This document shows, piece after piece, positions 12,101 through 26,070 of a stretch of DNA of 64,000 nucleotides. Every line of letters begins with the position of its first letter. The first letter of the stretch is position 1. A program made the translations under genes and the position numbers. The stretch spans positions 1-64,000 of the forward strand of contig JAUCBJ010009113.1 in the NCBI GenBank assembly GCA_032718475.1, read 5' to 3'. The notes beneath the pieces are model-generated. The model was not told the origin of the DNA, ran no database searches, and was given only the letters and a program-made list of their open reading frames with translations. The stretch is from Nemertoderma westbladi (Eukaryota > Animalia > Xenacoelomorpha).

Positions 12101-15100
12101 GACAAGAAATCGACCTCCGCACATTTATCCCTTTTTACTACTACTGTGAGGTTTCTTTGAGACTGACAAGAAATCGACCTCCGCACATTTATCCCTTTTT
12201 ACTACTACTGTGAGGTTTCTTTGAGACTGACAAGAAATCGACCTCCGCACATTTATCCCTTTTTACTACTACTGTGAGGTTTCTTTGAGACTGACAAGAA
12301 ATCGACCTCCGCACATTTATCCCTTTTTACTACTACTGTGAGGTTTCTTTGAGACTGACAAGAAATCGACCTCCGCACATTTATCCCTTTTTACTACTAC
12401 TGTGAGGTTTCTTTGAGACTGACAAGAAATCGACCTCCGCACATTTATCCCTTTTTACTACTACTGTGAGGTTTCTTTGAGACTGACAAGAAATCGACCT
12501 CCGCACATTTATCCCTTTTTACTACTACTGTGAGGTTTCTTTGAGACTGACAAGAAATCGACCTCCGCACATTTATCCCTTTTTACTACTACTGTGAGGT
12601 TTCTTTGAGACTGACAAGAAATCGACCTCCGCACATTTATCCCTTTTTACTACTACTGTGAGGTTTCTTTGAGACTGACAAGAAATCGACCTCCGCACAT
12701 TTATCCCTTTTTACTACTACTGTGAGGTTTCTTTGAGACTGACAAGAAATCGACCTCCGCACATTTATCCCTTTTTACTACTACTGTGAGGTTTCTTTGA
12801 GATTGACAAGAAATCGACCTCCGCACATTTATCCCTTTTTACTACTACTGTGAGGTTTCTTTGAGACTGACAAGAAATCGACCTCCGCACATTTATCCCT
12901 TTTTACTACTACTGTGAGGTTTCTTTGAGACTGACAAGAAATCGACCTCCGCACATTTATCCCTTTTTACTACTACTGTGAGGTTTCTTTGAGACTGACA
13001 AGAAATCGACCTCCGCACATTTATCCCTTTTTACTACTACTGTGAGGTTTCTTTGAGATTGACAAGAAATCGACCTCCGCACATTTATCCCTTTTTACTA
13101 CTACTGTGAGGTTTCTTTGAGACTGACAAGAAATCGACCTCCGCACATTTATCCCTTTTTACTACTACTGTGAGGTTTCTTTGAGACTGACAAGAAATCG
13201 ACCTCCGCACATTTATCCCTTTTTACTACTACTGTGAGGTTTCTTTGAGACTGACAAGAAATCGACCTCCGCACATTTATCCCTTTTTACTACTACTGTG
13301 AGGTTTCTTTGAGACTGACAAGAAATCGACCTCCGCACATTTATCCCTTTTTACTACTACTGTGAGGTTTCTTTGAGACTGACAAGAAATCGACCTCCGC
13401 ACATTTATCCCTTTTTACTACTACTGTGAGGTTTCTTTGAGACTGACAAGAAATCGACCTCCGCACATTTATCCCTTTTTACTACTACTGTGAGGTTTCT
13501 TTGAGACTGACAAGAAATCGACCTCCGCACATTTATCCCTTTTTACTACTACTGTGAGGTTTCTTTGAGACTGACAAGAAATCGACCTCCGCACATTTAT
13601 CCCTTTTTACTACTACTGTGAGGTTTCTTTGAGACTGACAAGAAATCGACCTCCGCACATTTATCCCTTTTTACTACTACTGTGAGGTTTCTTTGAGACT
13701 GACAAGAAATCGACCTCCGCACATTTATCCCTTTTTACTACTACTGTGAGGTTTCTTTGAGACTGACAAGAAATCGACCTCCGCACATTTATCCCTTTTT
13801 ACTACTACTGTGAGGTTTCTTTGAGACTGACAAGAAATCGACCTCCGCACATTTATCCCTTTTTACTACTACTGTGAGGTTTCTTTGAGACTGACAAGAA
13901 ATCGACCTCCGCACATTTATCCCTTTTTACTACTACTGTGAGGTTTCTTTGAGACTGACAAGAAATCGACCTCCGCACATTTATCCCTTTTTACTACTAC
14001 TGTGAGGTTTCTTTGAGACTGACAAGAAATCGACCTCCGCACATTTATCCCTTTTTACTACTACTGTGAGGTTTCTTTGAGACTGACAAGAAATCGACCT
14101 CCGCACATTTATCCCTTTTTACTACTACTGTGAGGTTTCTTTGAGACTGACAAGAAATCGACCTCCGCACATTTATCCCTTTTTACTACTACTGTGAGGT
14201 TTCTTTGAGACTGACAAGAAATCGACCTCCGCACATTTATCCCTTTTTACTACTACTGTGAGGTTTCTTTGAGACTGACAAGAAATCGACCTCCATACAT
14301 TTATCCCTTTTTACTACTACTGTGAGGTTTCTTTGAGACTGACAAGAAATCGACCTCCGCACATTTATCCCTTTTTACTACTACTGTGAGGTTTCTTTGA
14401 GACTGACAAGAAATCGACCTCCGCACATTTATCCCTTTTTACTACTACTGTGAGGTTTCTTTGAGACTGACAAGAAATCGACCTCCGCACATTTATCCCT
14501 TTTTACTACTACTGTGAGGTTTCTTTGAGACTGACAAGAAATCGACCTCCGCACATTTATCCCTTTTTACTACTACTGTGAGGTTTCTTTGAGACTGACA
14601 AGAAATCGACCTCCGCACATTTATCCCTTTTTACTACTACTGTGAGGTTTCTTTGAGATTGACAAGAAATCGACCTCCGCACATTTATCCCTTTTTACTA
14701 CTACTGTGAGGTTTCTTTGAGACTGACAAGAAATCGACCTCCGCACATTTATCCCTTTTTACTACTACTGTGAGGTTTCTTTGAGACTGACAAGAAATCG
14801 ACCTCCACACATTTATCCCTTTTTACTACTACTGTGAGGTTTCTTTGAGACTGACAAGAAATCGACCTCCGCACATTTATTCCTTTTTACTACTACTGTG
14901 AGGTTTCTTTGAGACTGACAAGAAATCGACCTCCGCACATTCATCCCTTTTTACTACTACTGTGAGGTTTCTTTGAGACTGACAAGAAATCGACCTCCGC
15001 ACATTTATCCCTTTTTACTACTACTGTGAGGTTTCTTTGAGACTGACAAGAAATCGACCTCCGCACATTTATCCCTTTTTACTACTACTGTGAGGTTTCT

Positions 15101-16436
15101 TTGAGACTGACAAGAAATCGACCTCCGCACATTTATCCCTTTTTACTACTACTGTGAGGTTTCTTTGAGACTGACAAGAAATCGACCTCCGCACATTTAT
15201 CCCTTTTTACTACTACTGTGAGGTTTCTTTGAGACTGACAAGAAATCGACCTCCGCACATTTATCCCTTTTTACTACTACTGTGAGGTTTCTTTGAGACT
15301 GACAAGAAATCGACCTCCGCACATTTATCCCTTTTTACTACTACTGTGAGGTTTCTTTGAGATTGACAAGAAATCGACTTCCGCACATTTATCCCTTTTT
15401 ACTACTACTGTGAGGTTTCTTTGAGATTGACAAGAAATCGACCTCCGCACATTTATCCCTTTTTACTACTACTGTGAGGTTTCTTTGAGATTGACAAGAA
15501 ATCGACCTCCGCACATTTATCCCTTTTTACTACTACTGTGAGGTTTCTTTGAGACTGACAAGAAATCGACCTCCGCACATTTATCCCTTTTTACTACTAC
15601 TGTGAGGTTTCTTTGAGACTGACAAGAAATCGACCTCCATACATTTATCCCTTTTTACTACTACTGTGAGGATTCTTTGAGACTGACAAGAAATCGACCT
15701 CCGCACATTTATCCCTTTTTACTACTACTGTGAGGTTTCTTTGAGACTGACAAGAAATCGACCTCCGCACATTTATCCCTTTTTACTACTACTGTGAGGT
15801 TTCTTTGAGACTGACAAGAAATCGACCTCCGCACATTTATCCCTTTTTACTACTACTGTGAGGTTTCTTTGAGACTGACAAGAAATCGACCTCCGCACAT
15901 TTATCCCTTTTTACTACTACTGTGAGGTTTCTTTGAGATTGACAAGAAATCGACCTCCGCACATTTATCCCTTTTTACTACTACTGTGAGGTTTCTTTGA
16001 GATTGACAAGAAATCGACCTCCGCACATTTATCCCTTTTTACTACTACTGTGAGGTTTCTTTGAGACTGACAAGAAATCGACCTCCGCACATTTATCCCT
16101 TTTTACTACTACTGTGAGGTTTCTTTGAGACTGACAAGAAATCGACCTCCACACATTTATCCCTTTTTACTACTACTGTGAGGTTTCTTTGAGACTGACA
16201 AGAAATCGACCTCCGCACATTTATTCCTTTTTACTACTACTGTGAGGTTTCTTTGAGACTGACAAGAAATCGACCTCCGCACATTCATCCCTTTTTACTA
16301 CTACTGTGAGGTTTCTTTGAGACTGACAAGAAATCGACCTCCGCACATTTATCCCTTTTTACTACTACTGTGAGGTTTCTTTGAGACTGACAAGAAATCG
16401 ACCTCCGCACAATATTTATCCCTTTTTACTACTACT
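6137..16436. repeat. 64-bp satellite, ~160 near-identical copies
   Basis: Unit ACATTTATCCCTTTTTACTACTACTGTGAGGTTTCTTTGAGACTGACAAGAAATCGACCTCCGC. Variants cluster at the edges; true length is uncertain because of the gap. Confidence 0.98.
6432..6531. other. Assembly gap (100 N)
   Basis: Run of N inside the 64-bp array. Confidence 1.
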
Positions 16437-18271
16437 CCTCACAATAAAAATAAAACATCTCGCAGCTCCGATCCCTGATTAAAGAAAATATCGACGTTGA
16501 TGAAATTTTATCAAGTGAAAAAACCTTTCAGTTCCGCAAAGCAGCAATTTCGACTCTAACCAAGCAATATTAATTGAATATACTGTACTGTATTATATTT
16601 GCTATGTATTTTTACTCTTATGAGTTAATCTAGCTAAAAACTTACCAAATCGTGTTCGGACAGAATAGTTGAATTTCGCTAATCTAGAATTAAGTGAAAA
16701 GCGGTGTTTGTTTTCCGCTTATTTTTTCTTATCGAATAATTCAGTAGTCCCTTTTTGTGAATTCTACAACAAAATGAAAAATATACCAACAGCAATTAAT
16801 TGTATAAAATTTGCTCCAATCTACATAGTTTCTTGTTTTTGTTTACTTGTACTGTACCATGATTTTTTTTTAGAATGCATCACTTGTTTGAATCTTTTTC
16901 TTTACAAAAATGGCGCTTAAACCTGTTTATAATGTTTACTGTTCTGTACGTTTTTAACCAGATCCGTGTCGAAAATTAGTGCAATATTTAATTTACTCTT
17001 TTTTTAATTATCTTTATGTACAAATTATCAACTTTTTTGTCATTATCAATATTTTAAACTGCCAATTTTAATTATAATGCATTAGATATTTCTGTTATTT
17101 TTCAACCATCTGATATACCCCGTAATTGATTATAGGCCTACAGTAATGGTATTGGTATATATATATAGGTACGGCAACCAACCGAATTAATATCAACTAC
17201 AATTAATTCATTCATTAATATTTCCTAATCGTTGCGTTGTTAGTTATACTTATTTGTTTATATTTTACTTTGTTTTCTTTTGGAATAAATCCTACGGGAC
17301 GAATCCGGGCTGCCTTCATTGGACGACGAGCAAGTAAGGCGTATACGCGCACGTGTAATGAGACACAACATTCTAGAACATTTTGTTTTGTTTGTGTATC
17401 TAAGAAAGAGTGTAGTCATTTAGGCATACCGATGTTGCCCACCAAATCATGAAATAAATAACCCGTTCTAGAATTTTGTGTTTTTATTTAATAGAATAAA
17501 TGTCCTAAAGCGAACGATAATTCTTGCAATCTTTGAACGTCTATATCATAGCTGCTTCTAAACGAAACTCAGACACTGTTGCATTTATAGTAATATGTAC
17601 AAATCCCGCGGCTAATATTAAGAATGTAATTCACACTCTTTTTTTAAAAAAGCTAATAGAAAATCTTTAAAGGCAAAATCCGGTGGCGAATATAACTCCC
17701 AACTTTTCCGCTCAAGCATGTCTGTATGTGGTCTGTTAATCGGTTAGTAGTGTTTGACACAATGGCTATTCATATGGGGGTTTTGGGGGGGGGGGGGGGG
17801 GGGGTGATATCATTTCCGACGTCAGTTTTAATGTTTGGTTGTATCTAATATGTCTGTCAGATAGTTTGTTTGTCTTCTAAATCTTCACGGACAAATTATT
17901 TATAAAAAATATTTGAAATCCCCATTAAATTCTACATCATAAGAACACAAAAATAGGAAAATTGTACCCACCCAAGGTACCATATACTGCACACTTACAG
18001 TACCGTTTCCGTTATTAGCTTTAGCTCCTTAAGCCATACATTTCTACGCCCACATTTTAAAATGTCAATTTCAATAGATTTTCCATGAATAAATATATCG
18101 ATTCGCTAAAATTTTACAGACTCATTTTGTCTTTACAAGATATTATAGAATCTAATAAATTGGCTTGGATCATTGATTGCGAATTTCTTTCTGATTTTTT
18201 ATGTACCAGATTCACTGAACTAAAAAATAAATTAAATTTACTGCCAAAAAACTTCGTTAAATCAAAACAAA

Positions 18272-19196
18272 ATGAGAGAAAAAAGTAAAAATTGGGCACC
18301 AAGGCCGGCCAGAACTCCGGAAAAAACGGCGTATAATTATTGGACTTATTGCATTTGTGCTAGTGGCGATTGGAGCTGGTGTAATCGGGTGGTTTCTGGC
18401 AAATCAAGACAATGAAAATAGATTGGGGATACCAACATCGGCAGTCCCAAATACTACCGGCAATGATAGGCCTACTACTGGCTGGGAAGGCATCACTGGG
18501 ATACAGCTAGTAGTGAGTTATCCACCATCGAGAGTACAGCTAGTAGTGAGTTATCCACCACCGAGAGTACAGCTAGTAGTGAGTTATCCACCACCGAGAG
18601 TACAGCTAGTAGTGAGTTATCCACCACCGAGAGTACAGCTAGTAGTGAGTTATCCACCACCGAGAGTACAGCTAGTAGTGAGTTATCCACCACCGAGAGT
18701 ACAGCTAGTAGTGAGTTATCCACCACCGAGAGTACAGCTAGTAGTGAGTTATCCACCACCGAGAGTACAGCTAGTAGTGAGTTATCCACCACCGAGAGTA
18801 CAGCTAGTAGTGAGTTATTCACCACCCAGAGTACAGCTAGTAGTGAGTTATCCACCACCGAGAGTACAGCTAGTAGTGAGTTATCCACCACCGAGAGTAC
18901 AGCTAGTAGTGAGTTATCCACCACCGAGAATACAGCTAGTACTGAGTTATCCACCACCGAGAGTACAGCTAGTAGTGAGTTATCCACCACCGAGAGTACA
19001 GCTAGTAGTGAGTTATCCACCACCGAGAGTACAGCTAGTAGAGAGTTATCCACCACCGATATTACTACTACCACGACAACAATGACCTCAACCACCATCT
19101 CCAATAAGGATGACTTTTATCATTCGTTTATCGAATGCAATGCTGCACGACATTGTGATCCCTACACTCATTCTCATATATGCAATATTGCGACAC
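18272..19196 (+). pseudogene. 5' part of an intronless type II membrane protein gene with mucin-like stalk (continues at 48260)
   Basis: ATG at 18272, frameshift in an A-run, then RKKRR-IIIGLIAFVLVAIGAGVIGWFLA signal anchor, a frameshift near 18501, (STASSELSTTE)n, and a Thr-rich then Cys-containing segment up to TSD GACAC. Confidence 0.65.
18500..19059 (+). repeat. 33-bp coding tandem repeat, ~17 copies (STASSELSTTE)
   Basis: Unit AGTACAGCTAGTAGTGAGTTATCCACCACCGAG. Confidence 0.95.
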
Positions 19197-20393
19197 TGTA
19201 AAAGCTTTTGCGTAATTAGCCGGTTATTTTCCCTTAAAGTACTCTGTAGTTGGTTTGCCAGGCATAAAAAGGCCGTGCCCTTGCTGTACTGGTGTTTTAG
19301 GGGACATAAAAGTCATTTCTTATGTATTTGTACTGTATTTGTACTTTAGAGGACATAATCCACAATCTCGTGACGCAATAGCTGGATACTTTGAAAACAG
19401 TGTCGCTACCATGACGACGGCTAGCAGCTGATATTGCCACGTCGACGTTTCTTTGTTTCTTTGTTCTCTCGTTGTTCAGGTTGACCAATCAGAGCGTTTG
19501 TTGTCTCTGTGTTGAAGGTGTATACAGAAACTCAGTAGTTCAGTGTTATGTTTTTGCCCAGAGCCTAAGAACCGGCTTTTGGCACCTCCGTGTTTTCAGT
19601 TTTAGTCTTACACTAGTAGGCTTAATTATAAGGACATATATCCGTTATCTGATGTCTGATCACTGCATTTATCACAACATAACATACCATACCTAATCAA
19701 ACAACCTGTGCATACTTTTATATTGTTATACTGCTATTTACTGTCAGTTCTTCATAATATGGTTGATGAATTATTATATTTGGAATAACGATAAATAACC
19801 CCGAAACCCAATATTCTTGATATACCGAAGGTAAGAGAGAAGGGTTACATATAACAATTGTGACTTATGTTAAAGTGGTTTGAAGTGAATCTAATGTTAT
19901 TTGATAGACCCTACATGATTCGGTCCGTGTTCCTTTTATATATAACTAAAATCAGTGAAGATCGGCAGATCAGTGTGCAGTATTGTGCAGCATTGTGTAT
20001 GAGTGAACCTGATAACGAAGCATTTCCTAAAGAATGCGCCATATATGTGAATTATAACTAAGCCATATCGTTGTGAGTAGTTTAAGTCATAACTCTGTGT
20101 ATATAGATAGAGCGCCACGTCCTAAAGGAACTGTTAATATTTCCCGAAGGTGAATAATATTGTCAGAGATTATATAATACTGTCAGTCGAATAATACATT
20201 AAGCTTACATAGCAATAAGATTAAGCCGTCGAACCCAATCTCCCGGGTATATCCAGCGGGTGAATGATCGCGCACAGATTGGTTTCGACTAGTGTAGTGA
20301 ATTAAATACTTGTCATAGACTAAAAGTGATTTATTATCTAGAAGACATCCTAATTTGGCGGGTTAAACTGCCAAAGGTCTGAAAGCGCGAACA
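19197..20393 (+). repeat. Outer element 5' LTR (1197 bp)
   Basis: TGTAAAAG...GCGAACA; by eye identical to the 3' LTR except for a 5-bp indel near 20175. Confidence 0.97.
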
Positions 20394-20404
20394 ATAACGG
20401 ATAT
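20394..20404 (+). promoter_or_regulatory. Atypical primer-binding site of the outer element (ATAACGGATAT)
   Basis: Occupies the PBS position, has no TGG, and is the exact reverse complement of LTR 19638-19648. Confidence 0.6.
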
Positions 20405-20830
20405 TTAGTCTGTATTGCAGTGTAGGCACTAAATACAGTTTAATATTGTTCTGGTAAGAACAATAACGGATATAGCTTCTTTATTGCAGTAAGCAATAAA
20501 GTTGAAAGTACCGGTCAACCGGTAAACCTGAACGGTACTTCAGTAGGTCAGTAGGCCCAACTGTCAGAACCGGTACTGCCGTAGGTCCGTAGGTCCAACT
20601 GCCAGAACCGGTACTTCAGTAAGTCGGTAGGCCTAACTGTCCTAACCGGTACTTCCCGTATAAGTACAGCAGTATTATTCGATTTTGATAATTATAAGCC
20701 GGTAGGTCTTAATAATTAATCGGGGACGCCTGGTTTTTATTGGGATTTTACTTAGGCCTATTTCTGTCAGTTTTATTTATTTGTAGGCCAGTATTGAGCA
20801 GAAGGCGTGTAAGCCTGATCAGATTGTACA

Positions 20831-21402
20831 GATAATTTGTAGGTTGGACTGTTGTCTGATTGATGTTAGGTCTGAACGGATTACAGTGTGTGTAGAGCCT
20901 GTCCGATAAAGAACGGTTAGGAAGTAGGGGCAGCGAATGCTGTAAGGTAAACCCCCAACTAAAGAATAAGTCGTACTACTGGGTTAGAACGCATACTACC
21001 TAATTATTTCGGAGTCTGCATGTCCTGTAGTTTATTTAGGCTTGAGAGTAGTCTGCCATCGTTTAGTCTGTACTTTGTTTGTGTAAGTATATACGGGTAG
21101 CGTATAATATTTATTTAGATAATTTGTAGGCTGGATAGTTGTCTGGCTGTTATTAGGTCTGAACGGATTGCAGCGTGTGTAGATCACTTGTCCGATAAAG
21201 AACGGTTAGGAAGTAGGGGCAGCGAATGCTGTAAGGTAAACCCCCAACTAAAGAATAAGTCGTACTACTGGGTTAGAACGCATACTACCTAATTATTTCG
21301 GAGTCTGCATATACCGTAGTTTGTTTAGGCTTGATGGTAGTCTGTCAGTGTTCGGTCTGCATTTTGTTTGAGTAGTTTGTACGCGTAGCGTAATATTTAT
21401 TA
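20831..21402 (+). repeat. ~288-bp tandem duplication in the long 5' UTR of the outer element
   Basis: Two diverged copies sharing GTCCGATAAAGAACGGTTAGGAAGTAGGGGCAGCG...; short ~40-bp ACCGGTAC repeats also occur at 20505-20655. Confidence 0.85.
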
Positions 21403-22706
21403 TTCAGAGTTTATGCGATTATCCGCAACATTCATTCCCCAAGTTTGTTCCTACAGTAATTGTGTTTGTTATACATACCGCTATAGTTAAATTAACCCCG
21501 GTACTACACGGGCTGCTTGGCGTAGGTAAAGACTGGTGATTTTGTGCATCGGTCACTCCAGCAGATGCCGTGGTTCTTTTAGCTGTTCAAGTATATTTAA
21601 CTACTGATTATCTGATTATACAAGTACTCGTACCTAATTAGGGTTTAGTGTACAGTGCTTTCCGAAAGTAATTAGTGTAGGCATTATATTTGTGTTGTAA
21701 AGTGGTTGATAGGCACGTTCGATTAGCTCTATTAACTTCTAGGTAGGAACACTCCGTGATACATAACGTAGAACCTATAGCGATACGGCTATAGGTCGTC
21801 AGGCGGTGGTATTTTCCTATCTGGACAACGCAGTGTATTTACTACTACGTTTTATTTTCAAATACCGCAGTACCCTGTCCGTTGTAATAACCAGATTTCT
21901 AACCCTTTGTTAGGCTGGTTTGTAGACTTCTTGTAAAATTACCCAGAAAATTCGTATTTTGTGTTTTTGTAAATTTTTGTGTTTATTTAGAGATTGTAAT
22001 CTCACCCGAATTGTACGTAATTTGTAGTATTAAGTAACTTAGGTAAATTAGAATTATTTGTTTTAGTGTCCTATAAGTAACACTTCACTGAAAGCGCACC
22101 GCTTTGTGTAGTGATTACTCCCCAGAAATAATAACATTTATTTCAAATATTGACAAAACCCATTAAACGGGTATATATATATTATAAATCAACTCAAACG
22201 ATTTATAAATAGTAGGCCTGCCATACAACCATTAGGTCTCAATATCAGTTGGACTACTGCTCAAATAATGGTAATAAAGTAAGTAAAGTAACAAAGTAAC
22301 CCTAAAATTCAGAAATTCAATTATTTAAAATAATTGATATACCGGTATTTACGATAAGCCTATTATCTTTATTTCTATAAATTTAGGCTGAAATTATACC
22401 GGTACTTGTAATTAATTCTAGTCCAGAATTATATATACTACAAACTGTAAGCTGTATACCGGTATTCCCGATAGGCCTATTATATATTTATATATATTTG
22501 TGCTAAAATTATACCGGTATTCTGTGATAAACCTAGTCTGTAATAATACTTTTATAGTTATATATACTATAAGCATACCGGTGTTCTAATATATTATATA
22601 TATATCCTACTACACTGAGTAGCAGTATCGGTAATTAATTACTAGGCTAGCAGTTAATACTGAGTTACTAGACTTGCTCAGACTGTAATACAGCAGTAGA
22701 CATTCA

Positions 22707-23232
22707 ATGGTATACATAGATATGTCTGATACTAAGCAGAACCTGTCAGACAGTTTATTAGATGTAACTATCTGTGACTCAGATAGAGACGTAGAACCGT
22801 CTGGTCGTAAGTTCAGTTCACCTCCCACTGTGAGGAAGGTCATCCCTCCTATAGTAATAACCGAACCTAGGCTGGTCCAACATCGTAGGTCTATCATAGG
22901 CACTCGAGCTCAGGTCAAGCGGGACCAAGAAGCAGCAGAACAGCAACAACCCGCGAGACAAGAACTTATTTCTCAGCGGCCCAACAGTTCCGGTAGTGAT
23001 CATACTGTAGAGCTGACACCTGAGCGCGGAGCAAAGATGACGGATGCGGTTTATTCGGATCCCCTTCTCATCCTTCCTGCAGCCGTACTCACCAGGTTAT
23101 TGATCGCTGTGGAAGAACACCAGATCGATTGGGCGAGAAGCCAGCGTTCAACTAGAGATAGTTATGCTGGATACACAAGAGAAGAACTGAAGTCCATGGT
23201 CGAGTCGCAATGGAACTTCCCCGGACCCGGAC
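22707..23232 (+). pseudogene. gag: Outer element gag, N-terminal part (interrupted by the inner element)
   Basis: Removing 23233-40131 and one TSD copy joins ...WNFPGPG in frame to LPFDLSEAAWEDIHRMGVAKE... of the 40181 ORF. Confidence 0.9.
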
Positions 23233-25180
23233 TAATTGAAGAGATACGCCTATTCCTACTATTGGAAGAGACGGTAACAATACCTGCAATATCTTACTGT
23301 AAAGTTTGTAAATCAAATCATAAATCCGACCTTCTCACCAAAACAGTAAACTCTAAGTAAGCGAATATATTGCAGTATCGATCTCTTATAACCGGTGAGG
23401 CAGAAAACAGTCTACGAGCAGACAAACTTCGATAAAACAAAATCCCGCGCAGCGAATCCTAAAATCAGGCTGACTCACTGACGGACTAAAGGGCTCGTAT
23501 ACTTTGCCGCGGTGTGATTTATATAGTTGGGCAAAGGGACGCTAGCTAGGTACAGAGGCAGATATTTGGAGATGTCTAACTAGCGAGCAAAGTGCAGTAA
23601 GGACGAAAGTTAATTTTATATATTTTGAGGTGTAAAGAATTTCTAACGCGCGTGTGTCAATTCTGAACGGTCAAAGCAGTTTTGCTCCTTCACATATATA
23701 ATTACTGGGTACGGTGTGCATTTTACGAATATTCTAATTTTATAACTTGTAGGTCCAATACTCACGAATGATAAGGTTCCTTCCCCTCTTGCGTATTTCC
23801 AGGACTCAAATTCAGGCATAGGGTTAATGCTACGCCCAGAATTCGGCAATTTTAGGTACCAGGTCCCTGATACTAAGAAGAGATGTGTTAGTTTACTACT
23901 GTAGGCGTACGGGTACTAATAGCTATCCTGGCTCCTATCTAGAATTTTAGTCACCCAGGTAGTCCGGGTAACTTCCTATTAGGGCGTTGGCGGGGACACG
24001 GTAGATGTTAGTATATCCCTGATAGCCTCAATTTATTTGCGCCTAGTGTAAACTGCCCTACCGCCTGAACGGTACAATCCCAATTCAGGTGAAAACACAG
24101 CAACCCCCCTAGCCTACAAGTTCTAATGCAATGGACACTGTCGTACTACAAATAGTCGCACACACACCTGTACTTAGCAAGAGTTAAGCGTACAGTTTGC
24201 TGCACCCTAACCAATTGTATGCCTTGTACCGGTGTGCCTACGTCCTATCTGCGTACTAGTATCTGCCTGCGCTCTCTCCCTCCCCCGTAGGAATATGAAG
24301 GTCTACTGCGGTTTTTTCCTGAATCAAGACAGTACAGCCCCTATGATGTAATTTTAGGCTTACAGCGTGTCACTACGTCTACCTTTTGATCTTTTGGTCT
24401 TACACTTAGGTAGCAAGGATCGAACGCTGTCTAACCTTTCAGGCGATGGGCGAATAACTCTAGATGGTATTGCGGGTTGTCTCTCGTCTACATTCCCCCG
24501 ATGTTCCCGTTCATTGCTGCGGCCCGATCTCTAGCCGGCCATCCTGTCCCTTAAGTTTGTTCACCGTAGTGAATCATGGTAAAACAGATAGAAAAGCAGA
24601 TTAGCGATAATTCTGACTTTATTACAGAAGATATAATTATAATACAATGTAATCTGAAATAAACTAAGCACGACAGAATATTGATAAGATAATCTGAGAA
24701 GTAGAAGTGAATATAGATTGAGATATAAGATTGAAGTAGTGAACTAATGAACGAAATCGCACCTTTATATACCAAATTTGTGCCGCAATCAATCGAGAAA
24801 ATTCTCAATTGTTCTATGGGTTCTAACAGGGTTTTAAAGATAGCTATTGGTCCAGCTAATATATAACTTGCACGACATTGGTTACAATCAAATAACTACA
24901 GTCTCATTGGTACAGACAAATGCAATTAATTTGTAGCGGTTAATTTAAATGAGTTGAAATTCTGCACAAAAAATAATTCGCAATTACTAGGATTCGAACT
25001 CGATACCTACTACACATATAATTTCCAACGCTCTACCAACTGAGCTACTGAACCACTTGACCGATAGGCGCACAAATGATAGAACCAATACGAATGAGAA
25101 CTCAAAGCAATCTTTACAAAGTTAATTCGAATAAAATAAAATTTTGAAAATCCATGGCATTTAGGGAATATAATTCTATA
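23233..25180 (-). repeat. Inner element 3' LTR (1948 bp), TA...TA termini
   Basis: Direct repeat of 38182-40131 with ~5 substitutions and a 2-bp indel seen by eye. TATATAAA at 24764-24771 and AATAAA at 24032-24037 on the minus strand. Confidence 0.95.
24968..25054 (-). ncRNA. tRNA-derived Pol III-type unit inside the inner 3' LTR
   Basis: GGTTCAG-TAGCTCAGTTGGTAGAGC (A box, intact D-arm) ... GAGTTCGAATCC (B box) ... T6 terminator; no canonical acceptor or anticodon stems. Confidence 0.65.
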
Positions 25181-26070
25181 CCGCTCCATGAAAACAGGAT
25201 ATTATCGTGCATAAAATATACGGTTTTCACCAATAATCAATCAAACTATAGAATACTTAGGGCGTACTTACATATTTACAATTAAATTTCAAATAATACT
25301 TCCTTTCTACGTAATGATTCACTACAAAAATAATTACAAATTCAAACTTTACGTATTTAAGGCTTTACTAAGTAAGTACAATATAAATCTAAATTAAATT
25401 CACCAATATAAATCTATTGCATCTCAAATATTGCATAAATTCAAACAATTAAAAATACAAATAAATGAAAATATTGCATCTCAAATATTGCATAAATTCA
25501 AGTAATTACAAATACTTTCGTACCTAAATGTAGATTGCATAAGTTTGGAATAATTACAAATATGAGTCTTTCTGAGCACAAAATTTTCTAACTATAAAAC
25601 TTTCTAAATACAAAATATAACACTTTACAAATGAAACTATAAGAAAGGCCCACGAGTCTTCCATCTACTCTTACTTTCGATTTCACTGTAAATACAAATA
25701 CTGCTTATAAGATATAAATTGCATAATATTCGGAACAATATAAATTGCATAAGTTCGGAATAATATAAATTGCATAAGTTCGGAATAATCACAAATATAA
25801 AATATAAATTCTTACTAAATATAAATCTTTACTAAATATAAATATAAACTGCATAAGTTTAGAATAATATAAACTCCTTTGCATCTCAAATATGAAACAT
25901 AAATCTTTCAAATATAAGTTCCTTCTAAATATAAACCTTCTAAATTTCATAAATTTGGAACAATACAAATTGCATAAGTTCGGAATAAACACAAATATAA
26001 ATATAAATTCAAATAAATCACAAATCATAAGAAAGGCTCACGAGTCTTCCGTCCACCCTTGCCCTCCCTT

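Noticed and set aside
4125-16436. 46-bp and 64-bp arrays as CRISPR arrays
   Set aside because: No unique spacers, no cas genes, and the context is eukaryotic.
17785-17804. Poly-G tract as a functional G-quadruplex
   Set aside because: Isolated homopolymer with no supporting context; length unreliable.
18357-19104. QLVVSYPPPRV and minus-strand VVDNSLLAVLS repeat proteins
   Set aside because: Alternative frames of the 33-bp repeat; the STASSELSTTE frame fits the Thr-rich flanks better.
19297-20118. Short ORFs inside LTRs and antisense ORFs over gag-pol
   Set aside because: No recognisable domains; duplicated only because the LTRs are duplicated, or shadows of the coding strand.
24985-25054. 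Functional tRNA gene
   Set aside because: Acceptor, anticodon and T stems do not pair; kept only as a tRNA-derived unit.
23237-25180. Canonical TG start of the inner LTR at 23237
   Set aside because: Identity between the copies extends to 23233, and only that boundary gives a TSD and restores the outer gag frame.
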